Counted from the first letter of the stretch, positions 10,303 through 26,548 are shown. The stretch is DNA of 64,000 bases from an uncultured Pseudomonadota bacterium (GCA_963843375.1 CAWJKT010000004.1:64001-128000); one strand, 5' to 3'. The notes: generated from the sequence alone by a model not told the origin. Program-made: numbers and translations.

Positions 10303-11316
10303 ATGCGATTGAGATCTGCAGCTGCTGGTGCGGGCCTGCGCCTGATATGCATGATCGGCGCGCTTGCGCTGGGCCTGGGAGATTTTGCGGCACCGGCACT
10401 GGCGGCGGAGGTTTCGGGCTCACCCGACGATGGAGTCTCACCGCCGTGGCAGCACGGTAGCAATAATGATGTGACCTCGCGCGGCGTCGAGTTCACCGTG
10501 CCGGATGCGGACAATCTGGCCGACTTCCATGGCGACCCGCAGCATCCGCTGCTGGTGCTGTATGTCGGAGGCAATTACTTTTTTGCCATAGCACCGCTGG
10601 TGCACGAGTTTGAGCGCCTGCACCACGAATACCTTGGCCATCTGTATTGGGAGACGCTTCCACCCGGGGTGCTGCTGGAGCAGCTGAAGGCAGGCGGCAC
10701 CATTACCGTCGGAAATATGAGCTGGACGATCAAACCTGACGTGTATCTGGCGGGCATGGAGGCGGTTCAGGGGTCAGTGGCCGAGGGAACGCTCGAGGCA
10801 CCGGCAATGCCATATGTCACCAATACGCTCACCATTATGGTCGCCCGTGGCAACCCTGCCCACATCCAGCGGCTGGCAGATCTGGCCAGCCCCGGCCTCA
10901 AGCTGGCCATGCCCAATCCGCAGTTCGAGGGCATCGCGCGACAGATCAAGCAGGCTCTGACGAAGGCTGGTGGGGTGAAGTTGGTGCAGGCGGTGTATGA
11001 GGACAAGGTTCGGGATGGCAGTACGCTTTTGACCCGGATCCATCACCGGCAGACGCCGCTTTGGATCATGCAGGGGCGTGTGCAGGCCGGCGTCACCTGG
11101 CAATCCGAGGCGCTGTTCCAGGCGCAGGCCGGATACCCTATCGACCAAGTCGAGATCCCGGCCTCCGATAACAGCACCGGTGTCTATGCCGGCGCACTCG
11201 TCAAAGGCGCTGCGCATCCGCGCGCCGCGCTGCTGTGGCTACAATTCCTGCAGTCGGCACCAGCCTTGGCAATCTTCGAGCGATATGGCTTCAAACCCTA
11301 TGCGAGCTCCCGCTAA
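10303..11316 (+). CDS. ModA-like periplasmic oxyanion-binding protein
   Basis: Signal peptide; DFHGDP, GGNYFFA, ETLPPG, GNPAHI, MPNPQFEGI, IHHRQTP, GVTWQSE, YGF. No ABC permease or ATPase adjacent. Confidence 0.8.
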   Translation: MRLRSAAAGAGLRLICMIGALALGLGDFAAPALAAEVSGSPDDGVSPPWQHGSNNDVTSRGVEFTVPDADNLADFHGDPQHPLLVLYVGGNYFFAIAPLVHEFERLHHEYLGHLYWETLPPGVLLEQLKAGGTITVGNMSWTIKPDVYLAGMEAVQGSVAEGTLEAPAMPYVTNTLTIMVARGNPAHIQRLADLASPGLKLAMPNPQFEGIARQIKQALTKAGGVKLVQAVYEDKVRDGSTLLTRIHHRQTPLWIMQGRVQAGVTWQSEALFQAQAGYPIDQVEIPASDNSTGVYAGALVKGAAHPRAALLWLQFLQSAPALAIFERYGFKPYASSR

Positions 11317-12886
11317 CTGCCTGCGCTCAAGGTTTCGGTGCCGAGCCACACTGATCGGGGCATGGGCGACCGCGCTGCTGGGTGTGGCGGCGGGTCATGC
11401 GGCTACCCCAAGCGGCGCTCGAATCGCTGCTATCGGAAATGGCCGCACGGTGCCGGCCTGTGCAACCTGTCACGGCCCCTCCGGCGCTGGCAATGCCGTA
11501 TTGGCATCCCCCCGACTGGCGGGATTGCCAGCGACCTACCTGGAGGCGCAACTGCAGGCATTTGCCCGCGGCCGGCGCACGAACCCGGTGATGCAGCCGA
11601 TCGCCCGGGCGCTTTCCGCCCGGGAAGCGCAGGCGGTATCAACATTTTATTCGCGTGAACCCGATACGGCAGCGGCTGCGAACGTCGGCATAGAAGCGAC
11701 GACAATGAATCGCGGCGAGCAGCTGGCGAATCGCGGCCGCTGGGCGCAGGAACTTCCGGCCTGCTTTCAATGTCACGGCCCCGGCGGCCTTGGGGTCGGC
11801 GCCGCCTTTCCACCCCTGGGACGACAGCCCGCCAGCTATCTTCAGGCGCAGCTGCATGCATGGCAGCGCGGCCTGCGGGATCCGGGACCCATGGGTTTGA
11901 TGGCGGCGATTGCCAGGCGGCTGTCCGAGACCGACGTCCAGGCTGTAGCGGCCTATTTCAGTGTAGGTGCGCCAACGCGTGCGGACATGCCGTTGTCGCG
12001 GGGATCGAACCCGCCACCGGAGGTGGGCGCGGTGTCGCCGCCCGGCCCGCAGCGAATCTTCAGTCCCCCTCCGGAGTCGACGATTCCGCCCGATGAATTC
12101 GGCGAGGTGGTTCGACGCGGCCGAGGCATCTTCGATGACCCGGGGCGCAACGCCGCCGCGTACGTTGGCAATAGACTGCGCTGCAGCAACTGTCACCTGG
12201 ATTCCGGACGCAAGGCGAATTCCAGTCCAATGTGGGCGGCCTACGTGGCCTATCCGGCGTACCGCGCCAAGAACCGGCACGTGAACACCTTCGCCGAACG
12301 CCTGCAGGGTTGCTTTGCCTACAGCATGAACGGCAAGGCACCACCCCTAGGCGATCCGGTGCTGGTGGCTCTGGAGTCGTACGCATACTGGCTTGCAACG
12401 GGGGCGCCTATTGGTCCGAATCTCACCGGTCGCGGCTATCCAAAACCGTTGCGACCCGCTGTGCCGGCGGATTACATCCGCGGCCAACGGGTCTACGGCC
12501 AATACTGCGCGCTGTGCCACGGTGCCGAAGGCGGTGGGCAGGACGCAGCGGATGGCAGCATGGTCTTTCCGGCACTTTGGGGTGATGGTTCATTTAACTG
12601 GGGTGCGGGCATGGGCGACATCGGCACCGCAGCCGCTTTCATCCAGGCCAACATGCCGCTCAGCCAGGCCGGCTCCCTCAGCGACCAGAACGCTTGGGAT
12701 GTGGCCACATTCATGGACAGTCACGATCGTCCACAGGATCCGCGCTTCAACGGTTCCGTCGAGTCGACACGCGCACAGTTTCACGACTCACCGGATTCGA
12801 TGTACGGCCACCAGGTGGCCGGAAAGGTACTAGGGGAATCCTCGCCCGCATCGGGCAGCCGCTTGTCGCCAAAACCTGCTGAATGA
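11300..12886 (+). CDS. tsdBA: Tetraheme TsdB-TsdA fusion (thiosulfate dehydrogenase/tetrathionate reductase)
   Basis: N-terminal c4-type diheme (CATCH, CFQCH), Pro-rich linker, then TsdA domain with CSNCH, active-site ERLQGCFAYSMNG, CALCH, SFNWGAGM, ANMP, RPQDPRF. Start uncertain (11285 or 11300). Confidence 0.88.
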   Translation: MRAPANCLRSRFRCRATLIGAWATALLGVAAGHAATPSGARIAAIGNGRTVPACATCHGPSGAGNAVLASPRLAGLPATYLEAQLQAFARGRRTNPVMQPIARALSAREAQAVSTFYSREPDTAAAANVGIEATTMNRGEQLANRGRWAQELPACFQCHGPGGLGVGAAFPPLGRQPASYLQAQLHAWQRGLRDPGPMGLMAAIARRLSETDVQAVAAYFSVGAPTRADMPLSRGSNPPPEVGAVSPPGPQRIFSPPPESTIPPDEFGEVVRRGRGIFDDPGRNAAAYVGNRLRCSNCHLDSGRKANSSPMWAAYVAYPAYRAKNRHVNTFAERLQGCFAYSMNGKAPPLGDPVLVALESYAYWLATGAPIGPNLTGRGYPKPLRPAVPADYIRGQRVYGQYCALCHGAEGGGQDAADGSMVFPALWGDGSFNWGAGMGDIGTAAAFIQANMPLSQAGSLSDQNAWDVATFMDSHDRPQDPRFNGSVESTRAQFHDSPDSMYGHQVAGKVLGESSPASGSRLSPKPAE

Positions 12887-12916
12887 ACGACTCGCCCGCA
12901 GCAGCACGCGCGCCAC

Positions 12917-13210
12917 TCAACCTGCAAGTTGCTTGCGGACAGACAACAACTCCCGGCGACGGCTGGCGGTCGACTTCGGGTAGCTCATATTCAGCGCGTC
13001 GAACGCATCGAGTACGATTCTCGATACATTGAGCCTCGCGTTCCTTTTGTCATCCGCTGGCACGATGTACCAGGGCGCGTCCCGCGTACTCGTGGCACTC
13101 AGGCGCGCCTCGTACGCCTTCATGTAGTGCTCCCAATAGCTCCTCTCCTTGATGTCCGCAAGGCTGAATTTCCAATTCTTCTCCGGTTCATCGACACGGC
13201 TTTGTAAGCA
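12917..13210 (-). pseudogene. Polyphosphate kinase 2 C-terminal remnant
   Basis: [22 protein letters not shown]...[16 protein letters not shown] matches a PPK2 C-terminus; no N-terminal part or start present. Confidence 0.85.
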
Positions 13211-13241
13211 GCGTGGATCAGCCGCGGACTGTACCAGCGCA

Positions 13242-13598
13242 TTAGCGCTTCGAGCGCGACGCGGGCGCAGCCGCTCCGAGCATCTGCGCTTGGTAAGCAA
13301 AGTGCTGGGCCATCTGACCGCAGACCAGGTCACACAGCTGATAGACCCGCGGATCCGCGATCCGATAATAAGCATTAGTGCCTATCGCCGTACGCTCCAC
13401 AAAGCCGTAACGTGCAAGAGTCGCCAAGTGCTTGGAAACATTGGCCTGACTGCATTCCAGCAGCTCGGTGAGTTCCCCGACATTGTGTGCCTTATCACGC
13501 AACGCGTTCAGGATCTTCAGTCGCAAAGGTTCTGAGAGCGCCCGAAAGTATTCAGCGACGTGGCCCAAAGCTTGATCATCCAGCACTTTCAATGGCAT
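13242..13598 (-). CDS. ArsR/SmtB-family transcriptional regulator, probably sulfur-responsive
   Basis: [40 protein letters not shown]; divergent from the RND-SQR operon. Confidence 0.9.
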   Translation of the reverse strand: MPLKVLDDQALGHVAEYFRALSEPLRLKILNALRDKAHNVGELTELLECSQANVSKHLATLARYGFVERTAIGTNAYYRIADPRVYQLCDLVCGQMAQHFAYQAQMLGAAAPASRSKR

Positions 13599-13654
13599 GC
13601 ACCCCCGCTTGCGAGCATCGACCATAGGTTACCTTTGATTTCTGTTTGCGTCCA

Positions 13655-13685
13655 TCACTATATAGCGATATATTAATCAATAAAT
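13655..13685. promoter_or_regulatory. AT-rich divergent promoter with ATAT-N6-ATAT palindrome, candidate ArsR operator
   Basis: ATATAGCGATATAT at 13660-13673 between arsR and the RND adaptor gene. Confidence 0.35.
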
Positions 13686-13697
13686 GGAGCGGGTGCA

Positions 13698-14702
13698 ATG
13701 AAAGCTGCGTTAGCATTCCTTATTGCGGGAATCCTAGGATCCATGGCGGCGGCAGCGGAAGGGTTCGCAACCTATCCCGTGAGCTCCCGGTCGGAAGGTG
13801 CCTCCTTTACCGCGACTGGTACCGTGGAGGCCGTTCGCCAGGGGACTCTCGCCTCCCAAGTGTCGGGCCGTATCACTGAGGTGCGGGTCCGAAATGGGGA
13901 TGAGGTTGAAGCCGGCCAACCACTCATCCAGATCGAGGTGGGTGACTCTGCGGATACCGTCGCTGCGAGCGCAGCGGCCGCGAGTGGCGCCGCCGCGCGG
14001 CTCGTCAGTGCGCGTGCGGACTTTGAACGGGCACAGCGTCTTCAAGCGCAGGATTACCTGAGCGTGGCTGCGCTGCAGCGCGCGCACGCCGTACTGCGTT
14101 CGGCCGAGGCGGAGGCAGCAGCCGCCGAGGCGCAGGCGAGGGCCGCGCGGACCCGTGCCGCCTGGCACTCGGTGCAGGCCCCGTATGCGGGCCGAGTGAC
14201 GGATCTGTGGGTGAGCGCCGGGGATCTGGCCACACCCGGCAAGCCACTGCTCGGTCTTTACAATCCGACGGCGCTGCGAGTCGTTGCACAGGTACCGGAA
14301 TCAATGGCCACGCAGGTGCAGACCAGCATGCCGGCGCAACTGCGGGTCGGTGAATCCGCGCTCATCACGATTGCCACGTGGCGGCTGATTCCCGCCGTGG
14401 ATCCCGTGACGCACAGCGTGGAGGTCCGGGCGGAATTGCCGCCCGGCAGCGGCCTCGAACCCGGCCAATTCGTCAATCTTCTGCTCCCGCTACACGGCGC
14501 CACCGCGGAGATTCGAATCCCACTGAGCGCGGTCCTGCGGCGCAGCGAACTTGTCGGGGTCTATGTCATTGATGCCCAGGGTGTAGCACACCTGCGGCAA
14601 GTGCGCCTCGGCCCGGTGACGGGAAATGCCGTGACCGTCCTTTCAGGTCTAAAAAGCGGGGAGCGGGTGGCGCTCGATCCCGTGACGGCCGGGAGGCAGT
14701 AG
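13698..14702 (+). CDS. RND efflux periplasmic adaptor subunit
   Basis: GTVEA, SQVSGRI, GDEVEAGQPL, APYAGRV, GDLATPGKPL, VRLG, VLSGL. Confidence 0.92.
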   Translation: MKAALAFLIAGILGSMAAAAEGFATYPVSSRSEGASFTATGTVEAVRQGTLASQVSGRITEVRVRNGDEVEAGQPLIQIEVGDSADTVAASAAAASGAAARLVSARADFERAQRLQAQDYLSVAALQRAHAVLRSAEAEAAAAEAQARAARTRAAWHSVQAPYAGRVTDLWVSAGDLATPGKPLLGLYNPTALRVVAQVPESMATQVQTSMPAQLRVGESALITIATWRLIPAVDPVTHSVEVRAELPPGSGLEPGQFVNLLLPLHGATAEIRIPLSAVLRRSELVGVYVIDAQGVAHLRQVRLGPVTGNAVTVLSGLKSGERVALDPVTAGRQ

Positions 14703-14710
14703 GTCACATC

Positions 14711-17923
<3,213 letters not shown>

Positions 17924-17927
<4 letters not shown>

Positions 17928-18136
17928 CATCGTGGCAACTGACTCGAGTTATGGCCGGATCCTTTATCTTGCTTTCGCTCGCTTTGGGCGTGCGCGGGAG
18001 TCCGATTTATCAAAGCACCTATTGGCTGTGGTTCACTGCGTTTGTTGGCGTGAACCTCCTGCAAAGCGGTCTGACGCGCTGGTGTCTGATGGAGCGGATT
18101 CTGCGCGGCTTTGGACTCAAAGCCAGCACCGAATGA
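17924..18136 (+). CDS. DUF2892/YgaP-like small membrane protein
   Basis: AGSFILLSL, WFTAFVGVNLLQSGLTRWCLME. Confidence 0.88.
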
Positions 18137-18260
18137 TCGAGGCACAGAGTACTCCAGCATGAAACTCCTCTGTCCCGTCATCCTTGATCTCCCATTGCGC
18201 AGCGGCGGCGCGGTCTGCGGGCGTATTCGCATGCCCCGGGAGTCGCGCGGATCGCGCAGA

Positions 18261-20957
<2,697 letters not shown>

Positions 20958-21028
20958 GGCGGGTGGCCTGTCATGCGATGGCTGCAAATAATTCGCGCGA
21001 CCTTGATCAAGGGCGTACAGGTCAGGCA

Positions 21029-21232
21029 ATGAAAGTAGTTCAGGAAAAGGGTGGGCGAGCTTTGAAAAGCCGGTACGCGCGCGACATCACGCTGGCTTTG
21101 GGCATCAAGCTTGCGCTGCTCACGGCTTTGGTGGCGCTGTTTTCCCGCGCTGCTTCTCATCCGGCCAGTGATGCTGCAGCGACGGCCGCAGCGGTGGCGG
21201 GCGTTGCCCGGGATGGAGGGTCGAGCCCATGA
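21029..21232 (+). CDS. Putative cytochrome bd small subunit, CydP-like
   Basis: Short single-TM ORF (RDITLALGIKLALL) whose stop overlaps the cydA ATG (ATGA). Confidence 0.6.
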   Translation: MKVVQEKGGRALKSRYARDITLALGIKLALLTALVALFSRAASHPASDAAATAAAVAGVARDGGSSP

Positions 21233-22773
21233 CTGACACCACGCTGCTCGAGCTGTCGCGCTGGCAATTCGGCGTGACGGCAATGTATCACTTCCTGTTT
21301 GTTCCCTTGACCCTCGGACTGTCGATCCTGATCGCAATCATGGAGAGCGTGTTTGTCATGACCGGCCGCCCTATCTGGCGGGACATGACGAAATTCTGGG
21401 GCACGCTGTTTGGCATCAACTTTGCGATGGGCGTGGCCACCGGCATCACGATGGAGTTTCAGTTTGGCACCAACTGGGCGTATTACTCGCACTACGTGGG
21501 GGATATCTTCGGCGTGCCGCTGGCCATTGAAGGTTTGATGGCATTCTTCCTGGAAGCGACGTTTATCGGTCTGTTCTTCTTCGGGTGGGATCGGCTCTCG
21601 CGTCTGCAACACCTGGTAGTCACCTGGCTGGTCGCCATAGGCAGCAATTTGTCGGCGTTGTGGATATTGATCGCCAACGCCTGGATGCAAAACCCCGTAG
21701 GCGCGAAGTTCAACCCGGATTCGATGCGCATGGAATTGCAGTCCATCTCCGCGGTCATTTTCAACCCGGTGGCTCAGTCGAAGTTTGTGCATACCGTGAG
21801 TGCCGGCTACGTCACCGGTGCGATGTTCGTGCTCGCGATCAGCGCCTGGTTTCTGCTGAAGGGGCGCCATAAGGAGCTGGCCCGCCGATCCGCGACTGTG
21901 GCCTTGAGCTTTGGTCTCGCCTCGGCGCTGTCGGTGGTCGTGCTCGGGGATGAGAGCGGGTATACCGCCAACCAGCACCAGAAAATGAAGATCGCGGCCA
22001 TGGAGAGTATGTGGCACACGGAGGCGGCCCCCGCGCCCTTCGTGTTGTTTGGGCTGCCCGATGAGCGCAACCGGACCACGAGCGCCGAGCTCAAGGTGCC
22101 GTGGATGTTGGGGTTGATTGCCACCCGGTCAGTCGACAAGGAAGTGTCGGGTATCTACGAGTTGGTGGCCATTGCCCGCCAGCGCATCGAGAATGGCATT
22201 CCAGCGTATACCGCCTTGCGCACCTTGCGCGCCGATCCAGGCAATGCCGCGGCACGGACCCTGTTGGAGGCCCATGCCGCGGATCTGGGCTACGCCCTAT
22301 TGCTGCGTCGATATGTGGCGGACCCCGCACAGGCAACCTCGGCGCAGAAAGACCAGGCGGCCTGGGATACTGTCCCGTCGGTGGGCTTGCTGTTCTGGTC
22401 CTTCCGAATCATGGTGGGCCTGGGGTTCTTCTTCATTGCACTCTTTGCCTTTGGCTTCTATCAGGCCTCCCGCCGCCGCTGCGAGCAGCATAGGTGGTTC
22501 CTGAAGCTCGCGTTGTGGAGTCTGCCTCTGCCGTGGGTCGCCGCGGAAGTCGGCTGGTTCGTGGCCGAACACGGGCGGCAGCCGTGGGCCATCGAGGGTG
22601 TGCTGCCGACCTTCCTGGCCGTCTCCCCCATCGCGACATCCAATGTCGTACTGAGTCTGTGCGGTTTCGTGCTCTTCTACTCGGTGCTCGCGGTCATCGA
22701 TGTGTTTCTGATCGTCAAGTACATCCGACGGGGTCCCGCCGAGGAGTTGCAGGGGGTGCGTCATGGGACTTGA
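21229..22773 (+). CDS. cydA: Cytochrome bd ubiquinol oxidase subunit I (long Q-loop)
   Basis: [59 protein letters not shown]. Confidence 0.98.
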   Translation: MTDTTLLELSRWQFGVTAMYHFLFVPLTLGLSILIAIMESVFVMTGRPIWRDMTKFWGTLFGINFAMGVATGITMEFQFGTNWAYYSHYVGDIFGVPLAIEGLMAFFLEATFIGLFFFGWDRLSRLQHLVVTWLVAIGSNLSALWILIANAWMQNPVGAKFNPDSMRMELQSISAVIFNPVAQSKFVHTVSAGYVTGAMFVLAISAWFLLKGRHKELARRSATVALSFGLASALSVVVLGDESGYTANQHQKMKIAAMESMWHTEAAPAPFVLFGLPDERNRTTSAELKVPWMLGLIATRSVDKEVSGIYELVAIARQRIENGIPAYTALRTLRADPGNAAARTLLEAHAADLGYALLLRRYVADPAQATSAQKDQAAWDTVPSVGLLFWSFRIMVGLGFFFIALFAFGFYQASRRRCEQHRWFLKLALWSLPLPWVAAEVGWFVAEHGRQPWAIEGVLPTFLAVSPIATSNVVLSLCGFVLFYSVLAVIDVFLIVKYIRRGPAEELQGVRHGT

Positions 22774-23905
22774 GTTCGCGACCCTCAAGGTCATCTGGTG
22801 GTTGCTGCTGGGGGTGCTGCTCATCGGCTTCGCCGTGATGGATGGATTTGATCTCGGAGTGGGCATGCTGCTGCCATTCCTCGGGCGTAACGATTCTGAA
22901 CGACGGGTCATCATCAATACCGTGGGGCCTGTGTGGGAAGGCAACCAGGTCTGGTTGATACTGGGCGGGGGAGCGATCTTTGCGGCCTGGCCCGCCCTTT
23001 ATGCGGCGAGTTTCTCAGGTTTTTATCTGGCAATGCTGCTGGTGCTCGCGGCGCTCATCCTGAGGCCGGTGGGCTTCAAGTTCCGCAGCAAGATGCCGCA
23101 GGCCCGCTGGCGCAGTATTTGGGATTGGGCGCTGTTTGTCAGTGGGCTGGTCCCAAGCCTCGTCTTTGGAGTCGCGATGGGAAATCTCCTGGAAGGCGTC
23201 CCGTTCACCTTCGATTCCGAACTGCGTGCCACCTATGCCTTTGGGCTCTTTGACCTGCTCAACCCATTTGCGGTGCTGTGCGGCCTCGTCAGCGTCGTCA
23301 TGTTGGCGAGTCACGGTGCGACCTACCTTGCGATCAAAACGCAAGGGGACATTGCTGCGAGGGCCAAGGCGGCCTCCCGCCTCTTGGCGCTGTTGTGGAC
23401 GGGTTTGTTTGCTCTCGCCGGGCTCTGGCTATGGAAGAGCGGCTTCGGATTCGCCATTACGGCTGGAGCACTGCCGCAGGGTATCCCCAATCCCCTGGGC
23501 AAGACGGCGGTTCAGGCCGTCGGCGCGTGGCTGATGAACTATCAGCGCTGGCCCCTCACTCGGCTGCTGCCCGCGATCGGTCTCGCGGCTCCCCTGCTGG
23601 TCGCTGCGCTGGCCGGTATGCGCCAGCGACTCATCGTCTTCGTCGTGAGTGGTCTGGGCATCGCCGGCGTGATTGGGACGATGGGCGTGAGTCTGTTTCC
23701 ATTCCTGCTCCCGTCGTCCACATATCCTGGCAGCAGTTTGACGGTCTGGGACGCGTCGAGCAGTCAGCGCACGTTGGGCATCATGCTGATCGCCGTGATC
23801 ATCCTTCTGCCAATCGTGCTCGCCTATACGTCGTGGGTGTATCACGTGCTGCGCGGGCCCGTCACGGCGGCGCAAATTCACTCCAATCCGGACGGCAACT
23901 ATTAA
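22763..23905 (+). CDS. cydB: Cytochrome bd ubiquinol oxidase subunit II
   Basis: [40 protein letters not shown]. Confidence 0.98.
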   Translation: MGLEFATLKVIWWLLLGVLLIGFAVMDGFDLGVGMLLPFLGRNDSERRVIINTVGPVWEGNQVWLILGGGAIFAAWPALYAASFSGFYLAMLLVLAALILRPVGFKFRSKMPQARWRSIWDWALFVSGLVPSLVFGVAMGNLLEGVPFTFDSELRATYAFGLFDLLNPFAVLCGLVSVVMLASHGATYLAIKTQGDIAARAKAASRLLALLWTGLFALAGLWLWKSGFGFAITAGALPQGIPNPLGKTAVQAVGAWLMNYQRWPLTRLLPAIGLAAPLLVAALAGMRQRLIVFVVSGLGIAGVIGTMGVSLFPFLLPSSTYPGSSLTVWDASSSQRTLGIMLIAVIILLPIVLAYTSWVYHVLRGPVTAAQIHSNPDGNY

Positions 23906-23914
23906 GGAGGCAAG

Positions 23915-24046
23915 ATGTGGTATTTCACTTGGATATTGGGACTCGGATTGGCATGTACCTTTGCGATCCTGAATGCCATGTGGTTCGAGTTGGATGCGGA
24001 TCAGCGTGCCCTTGAACGACCCGCCGATGCGAAGAACGTTTCCTAG
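23915..24046 (+). CDS. cydX: Cytochrome bd small subunit CydX (43 aa, not in the ORF track)
   Basis: Translated by hand: MWYFTWILGLGLACTFAILNAMWFELD...; AAGGAGG RBS directly after the cydB stop. Confidence 0.95.
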   Translation: MWYFTWILGLGLACTFAILNAMWFELDADQRALERPADAKNVS

Positions 24047-24202
24047 CTCTGTGCGACTGCGCTTAACCGAGCTCGTGACTATGAGTCACCACCCAAGCCC
24101 CGTGAAAACACTCGCAGCGGGTCAAAGTCATCCCGCACATAGGGAAGGAGGTATCGCGGCCTGGAAGACCGCGGACCTGCCCCTCATTGTGCACGGTACA
24201 GC

Positions 24203-24643
24203 ATGAAACCTTATCCGCACACGTACCGCGTCAGCGCACGCGGAGCAACCGCCGGCTCGGTTGTTGTGGCGTCCCAGGCAGTGCCCGATATTCAATCCGC
24301 GCCACCCCCGGACTTTGACGGACCCGGTGATGTGTGGCCGCCGGAAACACTGCTCGTTGCAGCCGTCGCGGACTGCTTCATTCTCACATTTCGAGGTGTG
24401 GCGCGGGCAGCCCATCTCGACTGGGAGCAACTCGAGTGCCACGTGGAGGGCATTCTTGAGCGGGTATCAGGTGTGACGCAGTTTTCCAACTTCTCAACGC
24501 GCGCTAAACTCACAGTCAAGGCAGGCTCGGATAGTGCGAAGGCGCAGGAAGTCTTGCAGCGCGCGGAAAAGGGTTGCCTGATCGTCAATTCGCTGCGCGG
24601 CGAGCGACACCTGCAGGCCGAGCTCATCGAGTCGGCGACTTGA
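24203..24643 (+). CDS. OsmC/Ohr-family protein
   Basis: PPPDFDGPGDVWPPETLLVAAVADCF and AEKGCLIVNSL (two conserved Cys). Confidence 0.9.
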   Translation: MKPYPHTYRVSARGATAGSVVVASQAVPDIQSAPPPDFDGPGDVWPPETLLVAAVADCFILTFRGVARAAHLDWEQLECHVEGILERVSGVTQFSNFSTRAKLTVKAGSDSAKAQEVLQRAEKGCLIVNSLRGERHLQAELIESAT

Positions 24644-24907
24644 GTGGACCAGGGGCGTGCACAAAATTGCGAGGCGCTAAGTACTGAATCGCGAAAAACA
24701 GCATTCCGCCGTGGAATCGACAGAATATGGACGCATCAATTCAGGTGGAAGTCTTTGGTGTTGCCGCGATTGTGGGGTGGATTCTCGGCGGTTAGGCACC
24801 CCAAAGTGGTTAATTCCGGATTCCTGGCGCTTAACAATCGCGACGGTCTTGGTGGCACTGGGCATTGCACTGGTGCTGATGTAGCCAGCCCGGGCTTAGG
24901 AAAGTAC

Positions 24908-25603
24908 GTGAAAATTATAGGCCTCATCGGCGGCATGAGTTGGGAATCGACCGCTCTGTACTACCGTCAAATCAACGAGACGATCAAGGAACGCTTGGGC
25001 GGCCTGCATTCGGCCAAGATCATCTTGTACAGCGTGGACTTCCACGACATCGAGCGACTTCAGCATGCGGGTGATTGGGAGGCTGCGGGAGCCATATTGG
25101 CACAAGCGGCTCGTGCGCTAGAAGCTGCAGGCGCCGCTTTCTTGGTTCTGTGCACTAATACGATGCACAAAGTAGCCGCTCGTATCGAGGCTGCAGTCGC
25201 GATCCCGCTTTTGCACATAGTCGACGCAACCGCCGTTGAGATCAAGCAGTCCGGGTACTCAACCGTCGGCTTACTCGGTACGCGAATCACTATGGAGCAA
25301 GATTTCTATCGCGCCCGACTCACACAACGTCACGGCCTTCGAGTCATCGTTCCGGGGCCGGAAGACCGTGAGTCCATTCACCGCATCATCTTCGAAGAAC
25401 TGTGCCTCGGCATCGTCACGGCTGAGTCGCGCGCAGCCTATCGAAAAATCATCGGGACTGTAGCCTCACAAGGCGCGCAGGCGATCATTCTTGGGTGCAC
25501 AGAGATATCGCTTCTGGTTGATCAACAGGACTGTGAAGTTCCGCTGCTTGACACTACTTCGATACACGCTCGCGCCGCCGCCGAAGCTGCGCTCATGAAG
25601 TGA
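24908..25603 (+). CDS. Aspartate/glutamate racemase family protein (YgeA-like)
   Basis: IGLIGGMSWEST, GGLHSAK, LCTNTMH, ILGCTEI, DTTSIHA; GTG start 24908. Confidence 0.93.
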   Translation: MKIIGLIGGMSWESTALYYRQINETIKERLGGLHSAKIILYSVDFHDIERLQHAGDWEAAGAILAQAARALEAAGAAFLVLCTNTMHKVAARIEAAVAIPLLHIVDATAVEIKQSGYSTVGLLGTRITMEQDFYRARLTQRHGLRVIVPGPEDRESIHRIIFEELCLGIVTAESRAAYRKIIGTVASQGAQAIILGCTEISLLVDQQDCEVPLLDTTSIHARAAAEAALMK

Positions 25604-25773
25604 CCCAAAACCCTTCGATCCAGCCTGAGATCATCGGGTCCGAAAATGAGCTCCCTGCTTGAACGCCGAACACGTGCCGCCGCCGTGCACCCCACCACCC
25701 TCGACCCAAACCGCAGCGCCCGAAGCTGCTGAGGGCAGTTGGGAATCTAGTATTAATCCTATTATTATAAATG

Positions 25774-25801
25774 TTGAAAAGGATAATGGATTTGGTATCA
25801 T
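25774..25801 (+). promoter_or_regulatory. Candidate sigma70 promoter of ccdAB
   Basis: TTGAAA (25774), 16-bp spacer, TATCAT (25796) preceded by TG, with an AT-rich tract upstream. Confidence 0.5.
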
Positions 25802-25826
25802 CCCTTCCGATCCGTAGAACGGACAA

Positions 25827-26078
25827 ATGACCCGCCACATGAGCCACTACGCCCCGGCACCGAAAAAGACCACCAGCGTATCGGTGGCTGAGCCCCTTTT
25901 GGCTGAGGCTAAGGCTCTGGGCATCAATGTTTCGCAGGCGGCCGAAGAAGGCCTCGCGAAGGCCGTCTCCACGAAGCGCGCCGAGCAGTGGATCCAGGAC
26001 AACTGGGACGCAATCCAAAGCTCGAATGAGTACGCGGAGAAGCACGGACTACCGCTCGCCAAGTACCGGATGTTCTAA
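25827..26078 (+). CDS. ccdA: CcdA-family antitoxin
   Basis: KKTTSVSV..LLAEAKALGINVS..AEEGL, WIQDN..AI..NEY.EKHGLPL..YRMF. Confidence 0.9.
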   Translation: MTRHMSHYAPAPKKTTSVSVAEPLLAEAKALGINVSQAAEEGLAKAVSTKRAEQWIQDNWDAIQSSNEYAEKHGLPLAKYRMF

Positions 26079-26378
26079 ATGGCGAGATTCAGTGTCTACC
26101 CTAATCCTGAGGGCGACGGCTACCTGCTTGATGTTCAGGCAGACATTGTGAGGCATCTCAACACGCGAGCAGTTGTGCCCCTGATGCCCCTGGGGAAGGC
26201 ACCGAAGCCGGCCACACGTCTCAACCCGCTGCTCGTAATCGACGACATCGAGCATACGATGCTCACGCAGTACCTGGCAGCAGTTCCAATCAGTGTTCTC
26301 AAGCGCGAGACCCTGAATGTGGCGGATCGCAGGGACGACATCGCCAACGCGATCGATTTGCTACTGCAAGGCTCCTAA
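26079..26378 (+). CDS. ccdB: CcdB-like toxin
   Basis: MARFSVYPNP, YLLDVQAD, TRAVVPL, RLNP, AIDLLLQG; immediately follows ccdA. Confidence 0.9.
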   Translation: MARFSVYPNPEGDGYLLDVQADIVRHLNTRAVVPLMPLGKAPKPATRLNPLLVIDDIEHTMLTQYLAAVPISVLKRETLNVADRRDDIANAIDLLLQGS

Positions 26379-26403
26379 GTCCATGCCGTAGAACTTCGCT
26401 CTG

Positions 26404-26548
26404 TGACGCGAAGTGCCATCGAATGACACTACCTGATGCCAATGGACTGTTGTGCATGGCCCTCCCCTCGCATAGCGTTGATCTGTAATGCCCTGACCAC
26501 CGTTTCACACGGCAGGGGTCACAGGTTCAAGCCCTGTACCGCTCCCCA
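26404..26548 (+). repeat. att-like direct repeat copy 2, ending in the 3' half of tRNA-Val(CAC) (26504-26548)
   Basis: TTCACACGGCAGGGGTCACAGGTTCAAGCCCTGTACCGCTCCCCA: anticodon CAC, T-stem ACAGG/CCTGT, no 5' half. Upstream ~100 bp aligns with 4934-5033. Confidence 0.85.

Noticed and set aside
21001..21012. CCTTGATCAAGG palindrome as an FNR box upstream of cyd
   Set aside because: It lacks the 4-bp spacer of TTGAT-N4-ATCAA; could be chance.
26504..26548. Functional tRNA-Val gene
   Set aside because: Only the 3' half is present, with no acceptor 5' strand or D-arm, so it is treated as an att remnant; the same applies to 5034-5077.
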